DNA from: Raillietiella orientalis
Lineage: Eukaryota
Length of the DNA: 64,000 bases
Assembly (NCBI GenBank): GCA_036172245.1
Contig: JAYWIR010000019.1
Location: 2,976,001-3,040,000 of the forward strand
Direction of reading: 5' to 3'
In this document: positions 12,871 through 24,699 of the stretch, in pieces
Layout of the letters: the number at the start of each line of letters is the position of its first letter
Numbering within the stretch: position 1 is the stretch's first letter
The notes under the pieces: generated by a model
Told to the model about the DNA's origin: nothing
The model's input: the letters and a program-made list of their open reading frames with translations, nothing else
Databases searched by the model: none
Translations under genes and position numbers: made by a program

Positions 12871-15212
12871 CTGACGTCTTTGTGTGCTGTTCCGAGATCC
12901 AGGGAAACTCAAGCAGCGCAGCACACGCAAGCCTTAGTGAATGGAAAGATGAAGAGCATGCAAACTGGAGAAAATGCATATCGTCAAGATCGCTTTTCAT
13001 CTTGCTACATCAGCACCCGACGAAGCACGTCTTGCACGCTGTGACATTATGGAATCCGTTGAATCAAGGAAAAAGAGTACTCGAAAATTGCGAAGATGTG
13101 GGAACAGACGATGGCTGGCTGTCAATAAGAATATGCTCAATGAGAAGGCCTAAGGGATTTTCAGCCTTCTGACAAAACATCACAAGAGCGACCTAACTTA
13201 ACTGGGATGAATTCCATTGCCTTTGCCTCACCGTGTATGATGCCTCTTGTGCTTGATCTTTGTGTTCACAAAACAGCGAAATCTCGGTGGCTCGAGGTTA
13301 CTAGGGTGTTGCTATCGCTTGTTGGTCGTTATCTGTAGTTCCTTCATAGAAAAGAGTCATCTGGACAGCTCAAGAATCATTCCAGTAACTCGATAAACAA
13401 TTCAGTGAGCAAAGCAATTGAATTATGGGAACTGTCTTGAATCTCCTACGGTGGACAGCATTGCAAGGACACATGATACAGGGAAAAGCGTTCAGGAAAA
13501 GCAACGCGTGATCGAGGGAGGCAAGTGAACGCCTCCTTACGATGCATAAAATCAGAAAATTGTATTTAAAAAAAAAAAAAAGCCGGTGGTCAACAGCGTG
13601 CAGTGAATTGTCCAAGTAAACACTGCACGCCATAACTAAATGGCATGAAAACACAGAGTCCCGTAAGAGCAGGAAACTCAGCAGCCAGCCTCCTCCTCCT
13701 CCTTCGCGCCCTCGAAGCGCCGACAAGGGCGGGAACCCAGCGCCCATGGAAGGAAGTGGCGTCTAAAAGAAAATCAGAGCAAAGACTCCAAGTGCCACGT
13801 GAGGATACGTATCTTGCATTAATCCCCAAATCAAAGTACCACCATCTACGAGTAGGTGAGCACTAAGTGGACTGTGCACTAAAAAAGCTCAACCTTACTA
13901 TGTATAAACAAGCAGCGAAGTTCCGCCTACTTTCCTCGGAATCGTAATGCAGTAGTCGATGAATTTAAAACGCCGATGAATTCAGAAGAGTTGGCATGCT
14001 TCCGTGAGATAATACCCTGGACGGTTGCCCAGCAAAATGAATTCCCACGAGGCACAGCATCGAAGCTACTTTTGATCTTGTGGCTCATCTTATTGTTTTT
14101 GCGCATCCGATACGGCTCTCGGGAAAGCGAAAGAGAAGGAGGGGGAGGGGGGATTTCTCTACGTGGTTTATCTGGAAAGCCTTCAAGAGCCAGGAAGACA
14201 AACCGGATGAAAGCATATCGGCAGGCAGTCATCGCGCAACATTCGCGATTTCGAAATCCCGGAATTTCTATTCGATTCACCTCGAGCCACATTCCTGGCA
14301 AGGAACGCGGGATTTGCACTTACTAGAACGTCGCCGGTTCCACTTGACTGCGCGAAGGGGGATTTTTAAATGCTTGATTTACGGAGCTCCGCAAACGAAG
14401 AGGATCTTCCCTGGGAAGAGTTCTCTCGGATTCCGAGTCCAGGTGCCAGAAACGACCTGCGTGCAGAGTCAGCGAAAGCAACGCGGGGGTAGCCACCAGC
14501 TAAGGAGCCACTCAAAAGGAAAGGGAAGGCAGTAGCAGTTCGAGTTCAGAAACAGCGAGGGCTGGATCGACAGAGTGAAGAATAGGGGTGCAGAGCTTGT
14601 GCTGCTCGTTTTGAGGAGCTGACTATCTGAAAGCACTTCACCGCCACGTGGGAAGTCCTCGCTCCTATTTCTCTACTGGCGCTGCGTTACATGCACACGA
14701 GGGATGCTGAAGCGACACGTGACCGAAGGCTGACCCGACTTCGAGTAAGTTCCAATTTCGAGATACGGATTGCATCCAAAAACCACGCTATTCGAATTCC
14801 AAACGCATTTGTGAGTGATGTGGGATTATTAGCGTACACATGGACGTACAGACATTTCAGCGCTGATCTCTCGTCTCCCGCGTGCTCAAACAGATCCTCG
14901 TGCTACATTGAATAAAATATTTAAGGTTCGAGGCAGACCTTCTTTTCAGGTGCCCATTTTTAACCGCGAAATTCCCTTGCGTTCCATAAATTTAAGTGGG
15001 CGCTCTCGAAACCGATTGGGTATACGGAAATAATATGGGCTTTCGAAGAGCCAAAATACACGCCATTAATAATAATAATATTAATAAAAACAAATCCACA
15101 GAACAGTAGAAAGCGCTTCACCGAGTAATAAAATAAATTATCTCTTTAACAGAAAGTTATTATTAGCTTCTTTTTCATGCTCGACTCTTAGTCTTTTACA
15201 AAATGCAAAGCT

Positions 15213-15276
15213 ACTGGCCACCACACTGTTTCTGTGTGGTGGCCAGTTACCCCCTTTTAAGAAGAGGCCACCACAC
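15213..15276. repeat. Perfect 14-bp hairpin plus a third direct copy of the arm core
   Basis: ACTGGCCACCACAC-TGTTTCT-GTGTGGTGGCCAGT (15213-15247); GGCCACCACAC recurs at 15266-15276. Confidence 0.85.
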
Positions 15277-15707
15277 ACTTTTCTTTCACTCGAAGAATAT
15301 CCATCGAATACCTTTTTCGCCTCTCGGTCGGGTATCTACAGGATCCTTTTTCTGGATTCCATTTTTGGGACTCCCCGTTCGTTGATTCGACTAGTCAAGG
15401 AACAAAATGTAGCCGAGCGACACAGACTTCGCTCGTAAACTATCCTCGAGGCAGTACTCGAAAAGTTAGCTCGTGCATTCCCATTGAAAACGCTTCCTTT
15501 GCAGTTCGAGGATAAACCGACCAATTCATTCCATAATTACCGGATGTAGGCACGCCCTTCCCCAGCCCCCCGCTGCCCACGCGAATGCTGCGAACACGAA
15601 GATCCCTTCCGAAATCATTTTCCAGCGGACACTGAATCGAACGCGGGGCGCGCCAAAAGATCTGCCCAGTTGCTGATTTGGAGCTCGTAGAATCCGCATC
15701 CCTATAA

Positions 15708-15880
15708 GAGCACCTTAGTCAAGTTAAGGTGTCCGCTCTTGGCGCCAAGTGTTGCGGGTTCCAATCCCATCCGGGGAGGGAACGACGCCGACAAATGGGT
15801 GCGTCGTGGGTTTACGAATCCCCCCTTCCCTCCCACCGCAAGAACGACGCTGGTTTCGGGTGAGCCACTGGTGGAATATG
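15708..15880 (+). mobile_element. Family A tRNA-headed SINE-like element, 5' fragment (copy A)
   Basis: B-box-like GGGTTCCAATCCC, then ACGACGCC...TGCGTCGTGGGTTT...ACGACGCTGG, shared with the copies at 20.0, 41.6 and 58.8 kb. Confidence 0.6.
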
Positions 15881-16130
15881 CGTAAGGGACGGGGATCTTC
15901 GGTTCTGTCTTTGCCCGCCGCAAGGGCCTGTCGCGGTTCCTCAGGGCCGACACGTTTCTCAGTTTCTTTGCTTTTTGCCCTTTCCCTCAGCCGTAATGAC
16001 GTGGACATAACGTGCCTTCCAGTGCCGGAATTCTGACCGCACTTTCTTGCATTATCCTTCGGGATTGATTTGATGAAGCTGGCGACGAGAATCATCCCTT
16101 CCTCTTCTGCCCTTCGTACCTTCAGCTTAC

Positions 16131-16445
16131 CATAGCTTCGGTCGTTTCGATGCTTTGATGGAAGACTTTTTTGCGCTCTTGCAGAAATGATCTACATGGT
16201 GACTTCCATCATTGCTGATGGCATTTTCGAGTACCCTTTCCTTTGCTAGATCTGGCGCTGCCACCAGATCACTGCCTGATGGCGGAACATCACTTGCGCG
16301 TCTTTCGACTCGGTGGACAAAAGCATATTCTTCGTTCCACGAGGGACCACCAACCTCGAGTGCTTTCTCTGCATCTTTTTTTAGAGCATCATCTGCTAGT
16401 GCATCTCGTGAGCGATTTCTGGAGAACTTCCGATGTGTGCATACG
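16131..16445 (-). other. Putative isolated exon or pseudo-exon of an unidentified gene
   Basis: About 105 stop-free codons (VCTHRKFSRNRSRDALADDALKKDAEKALEV...KRPKLW) bounded by an AG and a G|GTAAGC donor-like site. The polypyrimidine tract is weak and I recognise no domain. Confidence 0.2.
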
Positions 16446-17629
16446 CTAACGATGGATCAACCTATTTCTCAGTTTCTCAAGTTTCCCTAATGCGAAATTT
16501 CGATCCCCCATTTCCTGTGTGTGTGTGTATTTTTCTGAGGAAGGACACTCTGAAGATCCCTTAATACTTTTTTCGGCCTTTCGATTGCTCTTAATTTCGA
16601 GCTTCTCCATTTTTCATCCTCAACCAGCTGTCTGGATGGAGCTTACCTGACTGAGTTCGGATACTTTCACTTAGCAGGAACAAGTTGGCAAGTTGAATAA
16701 ACTCAGTACCAACTTGCTGAAGTATTCTGATCTCTTAGAGCGAGTATAAATACGCACACGGCGCCTCATCTTCGCAAAGTTGCCGAGCAAAAGTGGGCGA
16801 AACCTACTATTTGCTCGGGGGCAATTCAGAACTGTAGATTCACGGAAGGGCGGCAACTCTTGGGATGGATTCTTGTCGTCTAATTGCGTCCCCGAAGAGC
16901 GATGATTTCGACATCCGAGCGTAGTAGCATTTGAAGCTGAACGAAGGGCTGATTTTCTGGAAACTCTCTATGAAGCCTCCTTCTTTTCCAAGTATGGTTA
17001 CGATGTAAGATTGGTCATCCTGTCTTTGTTTACATTAGTTGTAACGCAGGTGTCCCCGTATGCTGAATTATTTATTGCTGTTGCTACTTTTAGTTCTAGA
17101 AAGCAAAGACTAAAGGTAAGGTGCCAGCGATGCCCGGACAGATCTCGTCAATCGTAATCGAGGCTTCTAAAACTTTCAAAGATTCCAAAGCAATACATTT
17201 GTATCCTGTTTTTTCCTCTGTTTGCTTCTATCTTCAAAACTCAAGATGGATCACTTGGATCGAATGCTGATATGGAACGAAGATCAACAGCGAAACTCGC
17301 GAAGCTGCCATGGAAACACTATCCAAACACGGGAACGATAAACAGGATGTAATGTTCAGATGGTCATCAGATAGCATTTATACATTTGATCCCCGAAGCT
17401 CATTTCAAATCACACGAATACAAGTAACATGAAAACACGTTGGACATGTCTTCTGGATCATAAATCACGAAACGTGCAAATGACCCAGCTTCACAACATG
17501 TCCGCTCTGTTAGCTAGATCATATTTGCAAACGGGACTGATTTTTCACCTGAAGGTCAACGCATTCATTTTCGGTGTTTGCCGGAAGGGCTTTTTTACAT
17601 CGGCGAAATTCATTGGGTACGTGGAAAAA

Positions 17630-17677
17630 GAAGAAGAAGAAGAAGAAGAAGAAGAAGAAGAAGAAGAAGAAGAAGAA
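17630..17677 (+). repeat. (GAA)16 microsatellite
   Basis: Perfect trinucleotide run read directly. Confidence 0.95.
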
Positions 17678-19965
17678 GCGCTATTTGGTAATTAAATATT
17701 TCACCCTTGATTAGAAAAAAAAATCGAAAGAAATAACCTACGAAATCACCTATGGATGCGCTGCAAAGAACAGCCGAGCTTTTCGCAGGTGCTTCGAGCC
17801 GATTTATTCCTTGGTGGCTTTTAGGCATGTTGGTGTTCCCCCGCTCCCCCAAGTTTCTTGCCTGTTGTCTTCAGCGTCAAAGACCCGTTACCTCTGAACA
17901 CGATATTTGCTTTTGCTTTTATTACGTTCATCAACATCCTAGTGGTCCTCCTAACACGTGTGTCAAAAGAATGTGTGTGCGCGGGGGGGGGGGGTTCCAA
18001 GAGTTCAGCACCACAAAATACCTAACGGGTTTGCGCTTCAACGTCGAGAGCGCGAAGTTGGAATTCGAGTCGCACGCGTCTTTTCAAAATGACTACTCGC
18101 TCGACTCGCCGATTCGCGCACCCAGGTCATCCCTTTGCAGTTCATTCGGAAAACGGTCCAGCCCTCCCCCCTCCCCCTTCGTTCGAAGTCCTTTGGTTAT
18201 TCCCTGTTTATAGCACCACCTTTGGTCACTTCTCACCGTCCTTTCAGGGAACTTCCGCAAGACTGAATGCATGGGAAAGGGTCGCACTTACTGTCCAACG
18301 AGGTGTTCTCATCCTATGCTCCTCCGTCCATCAGCTTGGAAGGGTCAGGTATCTGTTTAAGGGTGGTGGAGTCACCGGCACATGTTTGAGGAAGCGCACG
18401 CGATGGGTTGCCAGCTAAAGAATCCTCGGTTCCTCCAGAGATGTCTTTTCTTCTCGCCTTCTCGGGAGCAACCCTTCTATTAATTAGAATTTCGCAGGGC
18501 CTGAAGCTTTTTCGCTCGAAGGAGTGGTGGCGACCTTCAGGACATTTGGCATCCGTCTATTTCTTATCTTTCCATCCGCATGATTTCCAATCGCCGCGGT
18601 ACGGCGGAAGTGGATCGGACGCTGGTGATTTTTTGTTCCCGTAACTCCATTTTTCCTTCCTCTCCATCGTCTTTAAGCAGCATGAAATTTTTTTCTCGAG
18701 CGGTCCTTTCGATTCCGCAGAGCGAATCTCCATGAGACACGGTCATGGAGCACCCCACGCATCTCCTCAAGCGTACAACGGGCCTCCCATGCCGAAAAGC
18801 CCATTTGACTCTTGAAGAGGGCACAGCATCAGGATGGCAGCTTCCAGTGGCACCTCCACCTTCCTTGCCTGGGGTTCCTGAACTTCCTCAAAAATGAAAT
18901 CCTTCCTGATTGTTTGTTTTGAAGGACGTTTCCTCAAGGGTTCTCCATTTCCCCCGTCATCCTTGTTCACCCACCCATTCACTCCATTCAAGAAAAAAAA
19001 AAAAATGCACCAAAGGGAACGGCCCCATTCGCTCTTTGATACTCCTGATCCATGCTCTTCCTCCGCGTCTCTCGACAGCAATCTAGCAAGGGCTCTTGTG
19101 AATGCGGTGGCCGAACAAAGACCGCACTTGTCGGTGGTTCAGTTCGAACCACCGCGAAACCATCTGTGGAAAAAAAAAAAATCCTTTGAGCGCTCGAGGC
19201 AACTTCCAAAGCTCCGTGCTGTTTCTGACCGATGGCGTCTTACGATCGCAGCTGCGGAGGAAGACGACTCGCACGACTGGCGGTGACCCCCCCCGCCCCA
19301 TACCGAATCGGATGGGATGTATCCGGGGGACTCTTCCTTCCTCAGATTTCGCCCTTCCTTCTCCTCGTCTCTGCAGCACCTCTTCGTCGTCGGCTCAGGT
19401 CTTCTCTCCGCAGGAGAGGAAGGGGCCATTCCGGGCACAGGGCTCCCAAGGGCCCTACCGCCACACTCGGACCCGCTTCCGAGCTCGTCGTCGCGCTCCG
19501 CGATCGGGCAGCAGCCGTGGGCGCGATGGTCGTGGATGCGTCTAGCCGCGCGCACTTCGCGCGGCGGTTGGCGCCGTCTCTGGAGGGTGCGTATCCCGTG
19601 TCGGAACGGGGCGCACGCGCAGCGGGATCTGCGAGAGGGGCATCGCCGAGGAGAAAGGCGGCTGGAAGGTTTGCTGGGGAAGAAGGCCGCATCTCTTCGA
19701 ACGGATACGGTGCGTCGCTTGGATACCGCGCGCTCGGAGAGCACAAGCCGTCTCTTTTCTGACGCGCTCCGCATTATTCTCTGAAATTCCGAGTTATCTT
19801 GGCGCCTTGCCGCTCCCCGAATCCCAAGATGCGCGGAGGCCTGACCACAGGCTCCCTTCGAGGTGGGCGCACCACAACTTCGCAGGCTAACATCCCTGAG
19901 CCAAGCATGAGCTGACTTTTTTTAGTCCTGTGTCGGTATTGTTTTCGATCCCGAGCAGCCTGGTG

Positions 19966-20690
19966 CCCGCGTCGGAGGGTGCGTGGCTGCGGTCTCCGCG
20001 CACCTGACACCAAGCGTTGCGGATTCGAATCCTCACGTGCGGGACCGACACCGAGAACGGGGGGTGCGTCGTGGGTTTCGAGTCCTCCCCACAGAATGAC
20101 GTTCGTTATTGGTTAGCTTACAGACCTCGGTTACGGTATCGGTGGGAGCCGAAAACCCCCCGGATACCCCGTTGGCTGGCCGGGATTAAAAGTCGATCCT
20201 CCAGGGTCCTTCCGGGAATCAATGAACGCCTGCTCCCTTCGGGGTTCCCCTCCAGTTGTAAAAATGGAGCGTTTACCCCTTTTGGGTGACCCTCCATCTA
20301 GTATCACGGGGCTGGCCGTTACCCCCTCGGGAGGTTTCCTCTCCAGAGTGTAAGAAGTGCGCTGCTCCCTTCGGGATGCACTCTTTACAGGAATTTGGAA
20401 GGGTCCCTTCGGCGTCCTCTTCAGAGGAGTAACAAGGAGCGATTTCCTTGCTAGGGGTCCCTCCGGGAAAAAATTCCAAGGATCCTTTCCGAGTTTCCTT
20501 TGGAGAAGAAACGAGGTGTGTCCCCCTTCGAGGGACGTTTCGGGATAGAATAAGGAAGAGGTTCCCTTTAGGGCTTCCCTTGGGAAACAACCAGGGCAGA
20601 GGTTTCCCTTCAGTGCTTCCCTACCAGGCCTAACAAAACGGATTCCTTCCTCCAAAGCCTTCATAGGATGGTTCCTCCGGGGTCTCTCGG
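19966..20690 (+). mobile_element. Family A SINE-like element lacking the 3' terminal stem-loop (copy B)
   Basis: GGATTCGAATCC B-box at 20021-20032, conserved TGCGTCGTGGGTTTCGAG at 20065-20082, then repeated CCC(T/C)TCGG-like hairpins. Collinear with 41616-42326. Confidence 0.75.
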
Positions 20691-21294
20691 GACTACCCAC
20701 TCCCAGAGTTCGTGGGTAGCCCTGTTGATCTGGGTCAGCGGCTCTCCATGGTTTCCTTCCGCAAATTTCTGAGTGCAGTCTCTCCACCATGCGAGCGAGG
20801 ATTGCAATTTAGGCCACACCTCATCAAGGGAGGAGGGTAGTCCGGGGATCAAGATGAAATCATGGCGGCGCTTGTGTGACGAATGGGCTATTGGTGCCTC
20901 CTTCTGTTTCTCCGCCATCCCGGAGAAAGATATGAGCACTATTTTACGTTATTGGATTGATGGTTCGTCCGTCCTTCCTGGAAGAAGGCAGACTGGCACG
21001 GGTGCGATGCGCCCTCTTCCCTTTTCTGAAAGCATCCTCCTTTGAAGATCATTTGTCCTGGGCTTTGAGAGAGCCCCACAGTTCCTTTCAACAACAACTG
21101 CAATCATTTTGGGTCTTCGAGCCGTTCTTCACCGGCGGATGCTGTACATTTCTTTATCTTCTAAGAAGAGCTCCGGATGGGGACTTCAAAATAACATCGG
21201 GAAGGGAATTTCCTTTCTCTGAGAATCCACGTTTTTTCTCCGATTTGATCTTTTCGCTTCCTCTATTTTTTTCCTTTTTTTTTTTTTTATCGTC

Positions 21295-21530
21295 CACCTT
21301 GTACATGCTTGCAGTGATGTTCAGGTTCACAAACTGCGGGCGAGAATCCAATACTGGCAGCCTGGAGCTGGCTCAGCGCGGTGAAATTTTCCTTCCCTTC
21401 TGGACACCGTTCTGCCGATTCGGCCGCTTAAATTCAGTGTTTCACGCCCGAGTTGCTTTCCCGGAACAGTCCATCGGCGCTGTTTTTCTTTTATTAAAAG
21501 AGAGTCCCTCTCATTTCCTGGGATTTCGAT
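21295..21530. repeat. Direct repeat, copy 1 (partner at 22384-22620)
   Basis: About 235 bp align. 21402-21510 and 22489-22597 differ at one base, while the left part is more diverged. Confidence 0.9.
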
Positions 21531-21649
21531 TTGATTCCGTTTGGAGTTTCCCTAGTCAGTGCCGGTCCCCATGTGGACTTTGACCTGTTTCGATTCGACC
21601 GAGTACACCCTGGGCACCTCCACTGGGAGGGAATCACCTTTCGTAATTT

Positions 21650-22300
21650 CACGCTGGTCAGCAGCCATAGTCGTAAGAGACAACCTTGGAATGTATGCGA
21701 AATGGAGTTGCTGTGCGTAATGGACCTCTGACTCCTCCGTTTGCCCAGCAAGAAGCTTTGTGGACTCGGAGTCGCATCTTGAGTGGTCGAGAGAAATGCG
21801 GAGCAAACTCTTCGAATCTCATGCCATTCGTTCAGGAACAGCCAAGAGCTACGGACAGAAGGAGTTCACGATCGTCGGGAAGAAACTGACAAACGCACAC
21901 GCTTAAAAAGGGGGAGCCAGGACGAACGCGGGAGGGATATTTTACCATTCTGCCTCCTTTCCAACTCGCCTTGTGATCCAGGGGCGCGCAGTGACCCATC
22001 CTATGTTTCCAATACACACACCGGGAATACTGAGGTGTTCCAGAGGTTGTGATGCGCAGCGCCTGTTTCTTGGGTTTCCTTCACACCTCCTCCTTTCTTA
22101 GGGTGAAGTGCAAGAAACGTCTCCGTCCTCTCGACTGGATACTCCAGGTCAAACAAAACTTCACATAGGTGAAATGCTCCGAACAATCTGAAACGACATT
22201 CCCTCTTTCCAAACAGGATTCCATCGCGCTCCTTTTACGAGGTGTGCTTTTTGTAGCAACGCTCTTCGGCGGTTTCTATGACATCGAACATACCACCGAT
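21650..22300 (-). mobile_element. Degenerate L1/Tx1-like ORF1 (ZCCHC3-like, zinc-knuckle) remnant
   Basis: Translation MFDVIETAEERC...GILFGKRECRFRLFGAFHLCEVLFDLEYPV...GGVKETQ..., then LDHSRCD and EVHYAQQ, resembling decayed CCHC knuckles. Contains stops and frameshifts. Confidence 0.4.
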
Positions 22301-22383
22301 CGGCCTACTGCATTTCAGTCACATAACAGCGCTCAATGAATGGCGGCTGCGCGTGGCAGCTTGGATCTTTTTCTGTACAATGT

Positions 22384-22620
22384 CACCTTGTACACTCTTG
22401 CAGTGATTTCCAGGTTTGCAAACTGCGGGCGAGGATCCAGGACTGGCAGCCTGGATGGCGCAGTGTGGTGAAATTTTCCCTCCCTTCCGGACACCGTTCT
22501 GCCGATTCGACCGCTTAAATTCAGTGTTTCACGCCCGAGTTGCTTTCCCGGAACAGTCCATCGGCGCTGTTTTTCTTTTATTAAAAGAGAGTCCCTCGCA
22601 TTTCCCGGGATTCGTTTCGA
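22384..22620. repeat. Direct repeat, copy 2 (partner at 21295-21530)
   Basis: Same alignment as copy 1. Confidence 0.9.
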
Positions 22621-23099
22621 TTTAGATATCAGAATCTGGATTAAATTAGGATACTCGCTGCAACTTCTGCTATGCGGCAGCAGCACTTTGCAGCTTTAGT
22701 AAAATACGGCAGTGCCAATCGGACGCTTTTCGAGCTGGCTGAACCAATTTACCTATCCCCTAATCATGAATTCAGGAAGGGCTTCTCCTTCATTATTCTT
22801 TGGCAGGAAACGGCCTTTTTAAAACCCGTGATTTGGTCAGTTTCTAAAACGATGACAACAACAAAAAAGGAACCACGCACGCCCACTTTATGTATTTTTG
22901 TTGTACAGGGAAATTATCGAGCAGTTTACTGTACTGTTCGAAGTACAAATTTCCGTGAGTGAAGGGAAAATTCAACAACTGTTGGATAAACACGTCCGAC
23001 AACTTGAAGGAACGAAGCAATTTCTTGTGTAATTAACTGCTTCGCCGTCCTATGTGACATTCATAGCCATCCGGTTCAAGAGTTCCTTCGGTGCCATTG

Positions 23100-24070
23100 C
23101 AGTGCTTTACATCAACTTGCTGAAAGTCCCAACAGAACTCTCATGATATAAGGGATGTAGTCAACAGAACTATCTAAAGAAGGAAGCTAGCCATGCTGGC
23201 TATCGTCTCATTCTTCAGTGGGATCTGCTAACTCACTCGGACATCGCGTCAGGCGTTTCCGTTATCTGATTCTGATGCATATGCCCTCCTTCCTCAACTG
23301 GCGAACTCTTCAAGCAGCAATGGTTCCCTAGATATCTCAAGAAGGTCATCAATTTGGTTAAAGCTTGCTCTCCGCCTGCGTAGCAACGGAGCTGGCATAA
23401 CGAAAACTCAGTGTCAACACGTGCTCCTCTGAGTCCTTGGATTTTTTTTTCCTCAGCTGCCATTTTTAGCCATTTTAAGAATCTTTGGTCAAAATTCTAA
23501 AGGGACATGCGGTATGCTTTGAGTGTCTTTTCCTTCGAGGAGGGGGTGTTCGGGTGTCTTCCGTGCATAATTGATGCTTTTTATTTTTCCCAGTGTCAGT
23601 TTAGCTGACTCTTCCTCGGCTGTCTCTGCTCTCATTGTTCTTCCCGACTCAAATGACTGCAATCTGTCCAACAGGCATGGCCCAGACATTTGGGGGGAGC
23701 CGCGTGTCTTCACAAATAGTTCTCTTCCCTTTCACGAGGACATCTCTACCATCTCGTCCTCCTGCGAGAACTTTCTCTGAGTATCTTTTCCTGGAATTCC
23801 TCGAGCTCTCCCTATTTATAGAAAAAAAAACCAAAAACTTCGATATTTTTTATTGCCTTGCAGACTGATTGCCATTGTCAGAATGGGCGACATTCGAAAG
23901 GTCTCAGGTAATCCTTCGTCTAAAGAAGACCGGCCTTTTCGTTTGTAGAGGTAACAACAGTTTGCCGGTCTGTTTGACTTTGCGGCAAGGATAAAAATGC
24001 GCAGGTTTTTCAAAAATCTTCCGTGCTTTCTGGGAAACAGAGCTTTCCGACAGTCTGAGGATCGCGAAAG
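23100..24070 (-). mobile_element. RTE-like non-LTR reverse transcriptase remnant
   Basis: Decayed motifs in the expected order: LSESSVSQKAR (LPESQCGFR), RIFIL, RGIPGK, TRGSPQMSGPCLL (GVRQGCVLSPCLF), KIKSINYARKTPEHPLL (INNLRYADDTVLL region), GGEQ...FLRYLG. Confidence 0.55.
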
Positions 24071-24699
24071 ATTCGGAACCCCCCCCCCCCCGTTTCAAAA
24101 ATTCCCGTTTCCCCCGAGGTGCAGCTCTGCGGCCCCATAGCCGCCCTGGACGATGTCGAGTCGCGAGATCCGTCCTGGGAGCGTTGTGGCTCTTCCCCCG
24201 CCCGTGACCCGTCTTCACTGCCTGTGTTTATCTCCCAGATTCTGACCCTTCCCAAGCTACCCGCCTGCCTCTTCCAACTGAGTCCTCTCAAAGTTGGTTG
24301 CGTCTTCACAACCAGATGCGCTCTACATTCATAAGCAAATTCACACATATGCACGTTCAAATGTGTATGCGTGAATGTGCAACGAGGATACTGATGAAAA
24401 AAAAAAAAAAAAAGAGAGATCAGTGACGCTCAGGTGGCTAGTAGGTGAGTAGGAAGGAGTACCATCAGTCTGTGTCTTGTGCACACGATGAAGGGTTGCC
24501 ACGCCGGCGCAGCCATGCCATCTCACTAGAATGCTGTTCGTCTTCACCTGCCAGGGATGAGCGCGAAGATGCTTCTTCATTGCTCAGTCACGGTATCTGG
24601 AAAACGGAGGCGAAAGGGAGGGGGGGAGGGAATTCGGCCCACAAGACCGCGACATCGCTCCCTCGAGTGCACGATGGGACTTTGCTTTTCATCCTCCCC

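Noticed and set aside
19102..19784. Overlapping 130-211 aa ORFs as real genes
   Set aside because: The GC-rich stretch is open in most frames, the translations are low-complexity, and no domain is recognisable. An ORF1-like reading of 18300-19100 (minus) was too weak to call.
20225..20690. CRISPR array or bacterial terminator/REP cluster
   Set aside because: The units are degenerate, the linkers are homologous between dispersed copies rather than unique spacers, there are no cas genes, and the context is eukaryotic.
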